Notes under the pieces: model-generated
Seen by the model: only the letters and a program-made list of their open reading frames with translations
Told to the model about the DNA's origin: nothing
The model's database searches: none
Assembly (NCBI GenBank): GCA_973895155.1
Contig: OZ316896.1
Location: 7,821,278-7,885,277, forward strand
DNA length: 64,000 nucleotides
From: Marsupella aquatica
Lineage: Eukaryota > Plantae > Marchantiophyta
Reading direction: 5' to 3'
Program-made: the position numbers and the translations under genes
Shown: positions 1-11,300 of the stretch, in pieces
How the letters are laid out: each line of letters opens with the position of its first letter
How positions within the stretch are numbered: position 1 is the first letter of the stretch

Positions 1-858
1 GGGTTCTCTTGCCCACTTATTGTATCCTCTTCCACGGCCTCCTCCACGGCCTCTGCCTCTATATGCAGTTCCTCGTCCTCGTTGTCCTCCTCGTCCTTGA
101 TTAAAGTTTCCGAATGCTTGGTTTTCTCTCTGGAATTGGCCATAACCTCTGCCCCTCTCTTGGTTTCTGCCTCGGTTATATGTTCTTTGTCCCCTCCCCC
201 TGAAATTTCCTCTACCTCGTCCTCTAATTCTGTCATTCTGTCTATTGAAATTAATTTCAGGTTTAGGTGGGGGTGCAGATGTCCCAGGTGGGCGAGATTT
301 GGCATTTTCCAGGAGGAGTAATTGATGCTTCTCAGCAAGAAGCATATGAGCTATCAGCTCTGAATATTTCGTAAATCCCATGTTTCTGTATTGAGATGCA
401 AGGATGAGGTTTCCTGCACTGAAAGTGGATAGAGTTCTTTCAATCTGTTCGGCATCATTGACTGGGTGGCCACATATGGATAGTTGAGAGGTGATCCGGA
501 AAAGTTCTCCATTATAATTGGATATAGAAGTGTGGTCCTGCACACGCAAATTGATCCAATCATGACGTGCGGCCGGCAGGGAGACCAGGCGCATGTGATC
601 AAACCTTGATTTTAGATCTTCCCAGAGAATTCTGGGGTTGAATTGATTCAGGTATTGAATCTTGAGTGGTTCGGCAAGGTGATGTCGTATGAAGATTAAT
701 ACTCTCGCCTTCTGCGGTACTGTTAGGCCTGCATCTGTGTAAAGAGCTTCCTGTAGGTCTTTTGATGAAAGATATGCTTCGATATCAAGTGACCAGGATA
801 AATAATTGGCACCATCAGTAGTTAGAGCCTTAAATTGAAGCTTCTCAATAGAATTCAT
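1..858 (-). CDS. gag: copia Gag (partial, open to the window edge) with RG-rich region
   Basis: Manual translation MNSIEKLQFKALTTDGANYLSW...RLVSLPAARHDWINLRV...RPPGT aligns with MTTLEKLQFPSLIIDGENYLSW...RLISLPAARNEWIHLRV...RPPGT. Absent from the ORF track because there is no stop in the window. Confidence 0.85.
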   Translation of the reverse strand, partial: MNSIEKLQFKALTTDGANYLSWSLDIEAYLSSKDLQEALYTDAGLTVPQKARVLIFIRHHLAEPLKIQYLNQFNPRILWEDLKSRFDHMRLVSLPAARHDWINLRVQDHTSISNYNGELFRITSQLSICGHPVNDAEQIERTLSTFSAGNLILASQYRNMGFTKYSELIAHMLLAEKHQLLLLENAKSRPPGTSAPPPKPEINFNRQNDRIRGRGRGNFRGRGQRTYNRGRNQERGRGYGQFQRENQAFGNFNQGRGGQRGRGTAYRGRGRGGGRGRGYNKWAREP

Positions 859-1354
859 TGTAATAGGAGTTATGGTAATTTGATCTCAAATTGAGTTATA
901 TCCAGGAATTTGTGAATTATGTTCTGCCTGGATTCTGTAAATCAGTTATGGCCTTGATGTCTAAGAAATTCAGATGGAAAGAAATTGTTGAGAAAAAGAA
1001 CTCCCTCGCATTGACCAAAGATGCTTGTGCTCCTGATCCTTGAAATTGTCGTTGTAAATCGAATCATATGCAAAAGGTCTTAATTCAATCAACAGTTCAA
1101 AATGTGCACATAGATTCACTGAATCGATTTGCTAAGAAAAATTAAATCAAAGGTTGTGCTCCAAATGTAGAGTCGTGCTGATAACGTATTATGCATCAAC
1201 CATGGACACACATACACCAGCAAGCTCACTTCCTTCATTACTTTGTGGGAGAGTAAACTTCTCCCTATGTAGTACATGGTATATCGGCAGTTATGTAACC
1301 TCCGTTTCCCTACATTCTAGGGTAAGTAGGGTTAGGGTTTTAGCCCTTATAACA
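1..1354 (-). mobile_element. Ty1/copia LTR retrotransposon (Bianca-like), 5' part; runs off the left edge
   Basis: On the minus strand: LTR 1354->1187 (TGTTATAAG...GCATAATA), then PBS CGTTATCAGCACGACT (1186-1171), then a gag ORF homologous to the gag at 8718. Confidence 0.85.
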
Positions 1355-1546
1355 AGGTAGTAATTTTATCAAAAGTAAGTTGAGATCATTTTGTAATTAG
1401 GAGATGGTGAAAAAAGTGTCATTTTAATACTTTCAGTTTGTTTTATAATTTTGTCAAAAAACAGGTAGTATTTTTGGCCACTTTTTTGCCATTTTCTTTG
1501 TTTCTGCAATTTTTTTACGAGAGTGCTTAGAGTTAATTTGGGCTTG

Positions 1547-3747
1547 TTACTCACCCTTTAAGGCTTCTTGTTTAATAAGACATCCAGTAGCCAAAAGCCA
1601 GCTCGGGATCACCTCCACAGCAAGGGGAATAACAACTGACTTGTTTAAGTTCAATTTAGCACCTGTGGCATCTTCGTAGCAAGTGAGAGCACTCCTGGCT
1701 TGCTCAAAGGCGGCCGCTGAGGCCGGGATGAACAACCCTAAGTCATCTGCAAAAAGTCTAAAACATATGTGTAGAGAGCTGGAAATCTGCAAACCCTGTA
1801 ATCTACCAGCATTAATCTCCGATGTAAGAAAATCCATCAAGGGCTGAGTAGATATGACAAAGAGAAGAGGTGAGAGAGGGCAGCCTTGTCTCACACCCCT
1901 GGACATCTTCACATCCTCAGTCCAGATGCCATTGACGAGAGCCTTAGAGCAGGCATTGTTGATCAGAGACTTTACTAGAAAAATAAAATGTGAGCCAAGG
2001 CCTAACAGGTTCATAGTTTCCCATATGTAAGAGTGATCCACTCTGTCAAAGGCCTTCTCAAAATCCAGTTTCAAGAAAAGAGTCGGGGTCCTAGTACAGT
2101 TAATCCAATCTTTAACCAGCCAGGTGAGAGAGATATTTTCCAAAATGTGCCGCCCAGGGATAAAGCCTGTCTGTTGTGGACAGATCAGCTTAGGTAGTAA
2201 CATTTTTAGACGAAGGGCTAGCAGCTTAGCCAAGAGCTTGTATACAATGGTTAACATGGTTAATGCTCTCCAGTCCCCCAGTCTTCGCTTATCAGTTTTC
2301 TTAGGAATAAAACGAATAACCCCATCTTTGATATTGAAAGCCAGATGTCCTGTCCTCCAGAAATCACAGATCATGTCATGAAAGTCATTCTTCATGAATT
2401 CCCAGCAAGCCCTGAAGGTCTCCGCAGTCATGCCATCAATACCAGGAGCTTTGTCACTGGGAAGAAGTAACAAAGTGTCATGCAGTTCACATATAGAAGG
2501 CAGCTCTTCAAGCATTCTAACCTCAGCCACAGTAGGGGCAAAATGTGTGTTCCTACTCAGAGTCCTGCGTGCTGTTCTTTGCTTCCTCAATTCTTCTCCT
2601 TCCAGTAATGGTGGTGAGTACAGTTCCTCACAAAAATGTTGTACCTCTCCAACAATGAGTCGCTCCTCCCTTAATTCCGTGCCACCATCAATCACAAGAT
2701 ATTCCATCCTTTCTTTGAGCCGTTTGGCCTTAACAGTGGAGAAATAGAACTTAGAGGGTTCATCGCCTTGGCCCAGCCATTTAATCCTAGATAATCGGCG
2801 ATAGTGGTGAGCATCTTCAAGTTCCATTGAACGTACATTATCTTCAGTATCCATAAACTCTGTGATACTGTCAGTGGAGTAATCCTCCATAATAGCAACC
2901 TTCAGAAGTCGAAGTTTGTCACGCAGTAGTGCAGCCTCTGCAACCTTGGGCAGTGGTGAAGATTGTAGCGTCATGTAGCATTGGCGGAGACGCTGATACG
3001 CCAAAGAAAATCGCAGATGAGGTTCAGCAAGGGGAGCGGCATCCCCAATCCAGGCAGCCTCCAAAAGTCCCAAGTTTGCAGAGTTCCTGACCACAGCAGG
3101 GTTAGCTTTGAAGTAAGAAGTGCGTCGTTGATCAGAAGCAGACGTGAGCAAGGGGGCAATGCGGAAAGAGATCAGCACAGGGTCATGGTCCAATAGTGCC
3201 GATGTGCCATCATGTTTGAGTTCCACCAGTTCCTCCGTCCACTGGCCTTTCTCACTGAAATAGAACCTATCAAGGCGAGATTGAGTCAACACGCCATTCC
3301 GTATCCGGCGCCAGGTAAACCTGGATCCCGATACCTGACCAAGAATAGAGAGTGCATCTTGCAGGTCAAGTCGAACCTTCATAAACCTCCAGAATTCCAA
3401 TTCCCTCCCGTGGATCAACGGGGTCAAGCCAGTGGAATCGCATCGGAGCTCAGTCATGTTAAAATCTCCAGTGAACACCCATCGACCTTGAGGCAATACG
3501 TTTTTCAAATCATTCCAGAGAATAGCTCGTTCTCCTGGAGAGTTGGGCGCGTACACACTGATCAGCCCAAAGGTTCCCTCGGCGTGTTCCAGCTGGGCCC
3601 AAATAGCTCTGCCTAGGTCCAGCGTACCCGATGACAGTACCTTAAGTGACGGGTGCAGTAAAATAGTTGTGCCTCCCCTGCCATCAACGGGGGCCGAGTA
3701 AAAATGCTGATAATCGGGTAGGATGGTCTTCAATGCATTATACAATC
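1547..3747 (-). pseudogene. LINE ORF2: APE endonuclease + reverse transcriptase, 3'-truncated
   Basis: Motifs VYAPN, GDFN, SRLDRFY, DHDP, KAPGIDG, KLDFEKAFDRV, GVRQGCPLSPLLF, FADD. Confidence 0.92.
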
Positions 3748-3907
3748 CTCGGGGGTTTCACTTCCACAAAAATGGCATATCACGTGCGACGAAGGATAGG
3801 GTCATTTTATTGGTTCTAAGGGAAGACTTAAGAATTTTTGTAGAAGAACAATAGGGTCTTTTAAATTCAATTTTGAGACTTATAAGAATATTAGGGTTTT
3901 TGTAATC

Positions 3908-6342
3908 TGTCACGCGATTGACATGGGTCTTAACACCAAAAACCTCACTATGGGTGCCAAAACCATCTCCTTGTACCTGAGGATCACGAAGGGATGTTGT
4001 GAAGGCCGGTAAACACCAATTTATGCCCTTAACACCAGACTATCATAGCAAGACTCTATCACACATCACCCAAGCTCAATCCCAAGGAACCAAGGTTGGG
4101 GATCAGGTCTGCGCTCATGATAGTTATGGTGAGAAGGGGTCTTCATATCGGGCCCGTACACACAAGGCCTAGCGCTACGGTGCGCATAGGTCTATACGTA
4201 TGCTTACTATCATAGGTATGTTTTTATTCCGCCGCCGGAATGTACCCATAAACCAGTGACTCCTGACTGATTCCCGACTTAGGGACTTCTAAGCCATTGC
4301 CCCACCACTCTGCCATTCCACTCTCAGCAATCAAAGCTATGACAGTCCTCACCCAGCCCGCTTCAATGCACCCTGTACACCTCTCAGTGGCGCTACTAGT
4401 CCCATCATACACTCAGATTGCCTCACACACACACACATCCATGAGAGAAATGAAGCCTGAGAGGAAAACTCAATTAGATTCAATGATGTGCACAATAGTT
4501 CACTGAGAACACTTGATCCGAACAATAGGCCCGAAGGCTGTCTACTCCAGATTGCGACGTGCTTGCCCCGCAAGCCCCATGCTTGCCATGCAAGCTCAAT
4601 CCTAAACCTGAGCCCGGCTCACTCCAGATTGTGACGGCAGATTGGACTCGAACCAATCCCGTACTTGCCTTGCAAACTCAATCCTGAACTCAACCTCCTT
4701 CACTGCACTTCATTCTTGGGGGCACATACAGATCTCACACCTCCAATTCAGAACGTCAAGTTACGCATGCATAGTTGACTCGACTTCAAAGCTAGTACCA
4801 GGCCTAACAACGATCTATCCCAGACTGCAATGAGGCCCGGCCTCACGCTTGCCCTGCAAGCTCTGCTTTGGCCATAGATCCCTTAGTGCTCTCCACCAGA
4901 CAAAGGCCGGGACTCCCCATGGATCACGTAGCCTTGCCAGATTGAACTGTAAATGCTCCTCCTGCTACCCCTCAATCAGTGTCTCAGCCTCCCTAATGTG
5001 CTCACCACAAATCAAATTGACATCCTCCCCACAGTTTACAATCGCCAATACATCACCTATCACCAAGGCTCTATATCGGGGGAAAAGAACCCAGTTGTGT
5101 TGCCCACTAGAAAGAGCCACAATCCAGCTCGCAAACCTAGCAACCCGTTGCTGTGAAGATTGGCTGATTACTCCCTGAGTAATAGCACAACCAAGCTCTC
5201 CCCAACACGCAACGTCCAAGTCCAGCCTTGCTTGCACAGAGCTCCTCCCTGCTGCTCAGTCTAAGTGAGATCACACAACTGAAGTCCCCCCCCTGCCTCT
5301 ACCGGGGGCTGCTCTATATACTCTCATACTGAGCCCAAATGGGTGGATACTACACTGCTGGAGCCCCATCCCAGCCCTAACAGAGCCGCCACTATCTCTA
5401 ACTACTGAACCCTAACTCGCAACTTTATTTCTATCTCAAATTGGCTATGTACTTCGGATTCGGCCCTCCTCCATGGTTTTTGCGAGCTTGCGCCTCCTCA
5501 CCCGATTTCTCTATTCAACCATTTGCTGCGTGGATAGCAGTGTTGGAAGCGGCTTGAGCTCCTCTTTCCAACGAGGTCAATTATAGCCGATTTGGTCAAA
5601 TACACAGAGAGTTATGCCCCCGCAACCGAGAGGGGGTACTCATTGTTGCGCTAACCCGAGTTACATAGCTAACCCGAGTTTGGCTAACCTAGCTATCCTA
5701 TCTAACCCGAGTAGAGCTAACCCGTGGTCTCGGGTTAGGCCGCTACCCGCTACCCGCTATCCGCTATCCGCTAACCTAGCCTAAGCTGAGCCCGAATCCG
5801 AGCTTACCTATGCTAACCTGAGGCCGCGCTGACCTGAGCTAAGCTGAAGCCGTGCTGACCTGAGCTAAGTTGAAACCGTTCTTACCTGAGCTAAGCTGAA
5901 GCCGTGCTTACCTAAGCTAAGTTGAAGCCGTGCTGACCTGAGCTAAGCTGAAGCCGTGCTCACATAAGCTAAGCCGTGGTCGAGCTTGGGTTAACCCGAA
6001 ACTGAAGCCGAATCCACTAATTCCGACCACAAGTTAACCCGTCACACTAATCAGGCCGTATCTTTCTTAATACACCTCCGTTTCTCGAGTGTTTTATATC
6101 GATTTTACTCGCCTTGACCAGATCTTTCCAATGCTCTTTACAGATCTGGATTTGGTGACATATTGAAAGAGATATGGTCGTCGACCACCAGCGACATAGC
6201 TTTTATTTCCCTACTCTTAACGCCATGATTGCCCTTATTCTTGCCATCTTGCTAATTGTTATGCAATATCAATAGCTACTCCTTGCATACAGCAACCTAC
6301 TTAATCAGATTACAAAATAAGGACTATGTCATTGGCGTCACA
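3908..6342 (+). mobile_element. Solo-LTR-like element family A, copy 1 (2435 bp; strand arbitrary)
   Basis: TGTCACG...GTCACA termini; 5-bp TSD TAATC (3903-3907, 6343-6347); highly similar inverted copy at 44579-47260; no credible ORF. Confidence 0.9.
5815..5980. repeat. ~26-bp tandem repeat (GCCGTGCTKACCTGAGCTAAGCTGAA) inside family A
   Basis: About 6 units visible; fewer units in copy 2 (~45180-45295). Confidence 0.85.
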
Positions 6343-6854
6343 TAATCCAATTTTTAGAATATTCCAAGAATATTCCAACTTTATAGGGGTTAAAAAATAA
6401 TTTTTTTTCTTACATTTTAGGGGGTCCGAGGCCTAAAAACGTCGCAGGCGATGGGGAGGTCCCCATATAGTGAGACCCCCGAGATCCAATCGAAATTCAT
6501 CAGCCTTTACTTCTTGCAAAGCCAGGGCGTCGAGCGGAGGTCGGATTGAAGAAGCCCATTTCAACACCACATGCTGTCTATCCGGATTACATAAGCCGCA
6601 GACATTCCACGATGCAAAATTGAGGAGTGTCATATCGCTCCACTTCTCCAAGGGGCCAGCAAAGCAGCTTCAGGAGAAGCAACAAATAGCCAAAATTACG
6701 CCTCAACATTCAGCAGGTCAGAGGGAGCAGCAATCCCACCAACCACCCCCACCGCCCCGCCCGTAAGGATGGGCGGGGGATCCCGTTCAGCAATAGGCTG
6801 CACCTCCACCACAGGGACAGGGATTATTAAGACTCTCTTTTTCTTTATTCTCTC

Positions 6855-7403
6855 AATGTTTTTGTCAACTCCTGACGCTACCTTTAATTCATACGTATTG
6901 TTGAATAATATTAACATATATATCTTCCAAAAGTAGTTTTTGAGATTTGACCAACTCTGGCCGTCTTGTAGAGCAAAAGTGCACAAGAAGGAGGGATGGT
7001 TCCTAATTGCACTGGATCTGAGGCAGTTCATGGTATCATGAAAGCTTGGCAAGTGAAGAAAATTGTCGGCTTATTTGAGGGTTGTAAAACTGACCACAAT
7101 CATGCAATCTCTCAAATTGTTGCTTATACTGCCTATCGTGATGGGTTATATAGAGGAACAGGTCCTACGGTATTTGAACTAGCTTTCCGTTCAACAGACC
7201 AGGCTGGATCCCCTCAATTGTTCGAAGAGGCTTCTAATTTGCTACTAGCTAATGCGGTGGATTTTGATTTAGAGAGGACTTCTCCATTGAACGGTGATTT
7301 TGTAACCAAATCTGTCAAAAGAAAAGGCCCAGCTATGGGAAATGTCTCGGCACAAGACTCCCATCATCATGACACAATTATGATAACAACACCAAATACA
7401 TGA
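6855..7403 (+). pseudogene. Possible Mutator-like (MULE) transposase C-terminal fragment
   Basis: PNCTGSEAVHG resembles the N-x-x-x-x-E motif carrying the third catalytic residue, followed by AISQ..Y..Y..G..GTGP..EL..R; stop and frameshift upstream. Recognition from memory only. Confidence 0.4.
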
Positions 7404-8358
7404 GGATTGAAATGGAGGAATCTGAACTCAACTCAATTTTCTCACATGCCATCAAGGTGTCCTGAAACACCGATTGATTTGTTTGGAAGTGAAGACTCGG
7501 ACGATGTCAAACACTTGTCAAGGAGCTTAAGTGGCTTTTCTCCCCCAAAAAACTACCTAATACCTACTTCATATCATACCAGGGTCATAATGGATTGACA
7601 AACTTTTGAAATATGCTTGCAATATCTATTCACTCCATACATAAGTAGTTTCAACTCTCCACTTCTAGAGAGGTAGTCCCCTTTCAGACTACTTTTGCAC
7701 TCACACCCTTCCCCTCTCCTCTACTCCAAGGATCAACAAGGATCACAGTATTCATTAAAACTGGAAATTTAAAAGTCCAGATTGTGATCCTCAAATTTAC
7801 ATTCTTGTCTCTAAAAAGTCCATTAATTTTGCTCCAAATAAACAAATTTTCAAGACTAAATATACACTCTTTTTGGTTTAAAATTACACTTTTGCACTCC
7901 AAATTTGATTTTAATCAATTAATCATAATACAGAAAATATTAATATTAATTGTATTTGAAATTAAATAGATAAGTGACAAACATGTATCATTTGGTCAAA
8001 AACTCATGATTAAATTCAAAGTGAGATTAATCATCTCATTTATCATAACATATATTCAAGGTTGGCTAGCCATAATGTCGATCCTACTCCAATGGTCAAG
8101 CTAGTGTAAAGTCCAAAGTAGTTCTATGACCTGTGAAATAGAAAAATGATTGCATGACTCCAATCTTGTGTCCTACAATGTACAGAAACATAATGATTAA
8201 TCATCTAAAATTTCAAATTCTATGCCTCCATGAATATGTCTACATGACTGATTTGAACAGGTGAGTCGCTCTCCATTTGGGTCATATAGTCTGTCACGAG
8301 TGCAAGTATCTTTGGGATAACGGTTTTTAAACTTAGAGGTGAGATCCCTAGTCTTTAG

Positions 8359-11300
8359 TGTTAGAATACACTTAACCCTAACTCATAGAGTGATACAAAG
8401 GGGTATATAGGGACTAGATATAGAGAGTCATGAGACTAGGAGAAGGTAGTTATAACCATCCAATGTGTAACACCTTATAAGCCACATTGGCTCATGAAAA
8501 GATTATCCTTGTGTTGTTGGTGTATGAACCATAGCCATCGCCTAACACGTTATCAGCACGTTTTATGCCCTTCAATCTTCTCGAGCTTATGTTTTTTTTC
8601 CCTCTTTCTCTCCTTGATAACTTCCAATTGTCATCGACAATTCTTCACCGCCCGCACCCTGATTTACACAGACCATGACCAATTCCCCAGGGCTACTAGA
8701 CTTCAATTAACCTGACAATGACAACTTTGGAGAAGCTCCAATTCCCGTCACTCATAATAGACGGCGAGAATTACTTATCTTGGGCACAGAATGCCAAAAT
8801 CGTTCTCAACATGAAAGGCCTCGGCGATATTTTATTGGGGGACAATTATGGAACATTACAGGAGAAGGCCCAGGCCCTGTACATTTTCCACCATCACCTA
8901 GACGCTGATTTACAACTTGAATACCTCACAGAGTATAACCCGAGAGCCCTCTCCGATCACCTCCGCCTAATCTCCCTTCCAGCCGCTCGCAACGAATGGA
9001 TTCATCTAAGAGTCCTAGATTACCCGACTATCGCAAAATACAACAGTGCCCTCTTCCGTATAACTGCTCAACTCGCAACATGTGGAGAACCCATCAACGA
9101 GGCAACCAAGATCAAAAAAACACTCCACATTCTCTGCAACGAATATGCAATTGTACAGATCTACCAACAACGCCACTTCACCCAATTCTCTGATCTAATT
9201 GCAGTTATGCTCCTGGTTGAGAAGAACGATCTCCTTCTCCTTAAGAACTCCCGAGAAAGACCACCAGGTACGCTACCCAGGACTGAAACCCAATTCACGA
9301 GTACCAACAGAGGTAATCCCTCTTACAAAGGCAACAATGGCCCTCTTAGAAGAAATACGGGCCGCTTCAAAAGATTTAATTGGAGACGCCAAGCACGCAC
9401 GGACAACGGCACCACACAGCCAACCACGAATCCTTGGCAACGCAAGCCAAATTATACTCAAAACATACCTGCACACATCACACCCACAAAGAATCAGGCT
9501 AAGTGTTTCCGTTGCAGCGGACCTGGTCATATCAGAAAGAACTGTAAAGCCCAATCCCACCTGGTCAAACTATACCAGGCCTCTCTGCAAACCACGAACA
9601 CGGCCATAGCTGCAAACCACCTTGAGATTGATGAAGACCTCTCACAATACACACTTGCAACACCCCCACCAGAGATACACATGGTATTACAGGGAAAGAA
9701 CCCCAACTCACCCTCCGACATCGATACTTGCATCCTCGATAGTGGCACCTCTCACACAATATTAAAAGATAAACAATACTTTCAGTACATATCCCCATCC
9801 AATAGACCTGTGACCACCATTACAGGTATAAACCAATTAGAGGAAGGACACGGACCCGCTGAACTCACCTTCCTGAATGGCACAATTATTCAAATCCAAT
9901 CTGCCATCTACGCCCCATTTGCAACCAAAAATCTACTCAGCTTCCACGATATTCGCCAAAACAACCTCCACATTTGCTCTGCACCTGATTACCAAGTAGA
10001 TGCTTTGCAGATCTTTCAGGAAACTGATACTGGCCCAATCATACTAGAGACCTCACCACTTCTTCCCCCTGGAGTATACGCCACCAAAATTACAGCTTAT
10101 CATTCACAGGCCCAACCCTTATCACCCACAGAACTATAACACTTCCGCCTTGGCCACCCTGGCCCAGGAATGTACCACAAAATCCTCAAGAACACCACGG
10201 GTATTCCCCAAGGAGTCCATCCATCATCTAAACATGAGACATGCATCCCATGTGCACAAGGCAAATTGATTACAATGCCTGCCACCACTAAAAACACCTA
10301 CCACATACCTGATTTCCTCTCACAGCTAAACGTGGATGTCTGCGGCCCAATAGACCCACCAAGTGGACCATTTTGGTTCTTTCTAGTGATGATATGCTCA
10401 TCCACGAAATGGTCCTCGGTCTCACTAATCTCCACCCAAAATCTGGTATTTGCTCGCCTACTAACTCAGATTATACGCCTAAGAACTCAATTCCCTGACT
10501 CAGCTATCAAGACAATAAGAATCGACAATGCTGGTGAATTCACATCACCTGCCTTCGACGATTTCTGCCAAGCCCTGGGTATCACCATTCAATACTCGGT
10601 ACCATATGTACATTTCCAAAATGGCGTTGCAGAAGCAATGATCAAACGTATACAACTTATCTCAAGACCTATATTATTACAAACACAATTGCCACTTACA
10701 GCTTGGGGACATGCTGTACTCCACGGTGCCACATTATTAAGATACAGACCATCGGCCTTCAACACTTACACACCACATCAGCTAGCATATGGATCTACAC
10801 CAGACGTTACACACCTGAAAATGTTTGGCTGTCTTGTTCTCGTCCCAATTCTGGGCCCTAAACATACTAAAATGGGACCACAGCGGCAACACGACATCTA
10901 TGTGGGATTCGACTCTCCTTCAATCGTCAGGTACCTCGAACCAACTACAGCTGATGTGTTCCGAGCTAGATACCAGGATTGTAAATTCTGTGAGGATATT
11001 TTTCCCCCACTCCTTACCCCTGCACAACTCTACAAACAGAACACTCTAACCCCTACGTTAGAATGGACAACTAAGGACCCATTCTGGAATGACCCCCGTA
11101 CACAACTCACAAACGACGAAGTAAAGCGCATCCTGAATCTTCACCGAATCATGGAAAAAATACCAGACGCCTTTAATGATGCTGCTGCTGCCATGAAATC
11201 CCATATAGAAGCAGCTAACAAACCTGCCAGAATTTCCATGCCCGATACCCGAGCCACAGACCATGCCCCCAAGGCAAAGAGAGGCAGACCCCCTGGATCC

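Larger units (their letters stand above)
3748..6483. mobile_element. MITE family M1, copy 1 (~300 bp, split by a solo LTR)
   Basis: TIR CTCGGGGGTTTCACT / AGTGAGACCCCCGAG; 8-bp TSD ATACAATC (3740-3747) / ATCCAATC (6484-6491); uninterrupted homologue at 60712-61007. Confidence 0.9.
1547..6823 (-). mobile_element. L1/Tx1-type LINE fragment (end of ORF1 plus ORF2), interrupted by a MITE and a solo LTR
   Basis: ORF1 tail at 6696-~6823; ORF2 N-terminus MTLLNFASWNVCGL...ALQEVK at 6633-6484. Removing the 3748-6483 insert and one TSD restores the frame (EFRL-[Y/D]-NALK). Confidence 0.85.

Noticed and set aside
1165-1190. tRNA-Ile gene fragment
   Set aside because: Only ~14 nt match and they abut an LTR: a primer-binding site.
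4224-5237. Short ORFs conserved between the two family A copies
   Set aside because: Conservation reflects overall DNA similarity; they overlap on both strands and show no motifs.
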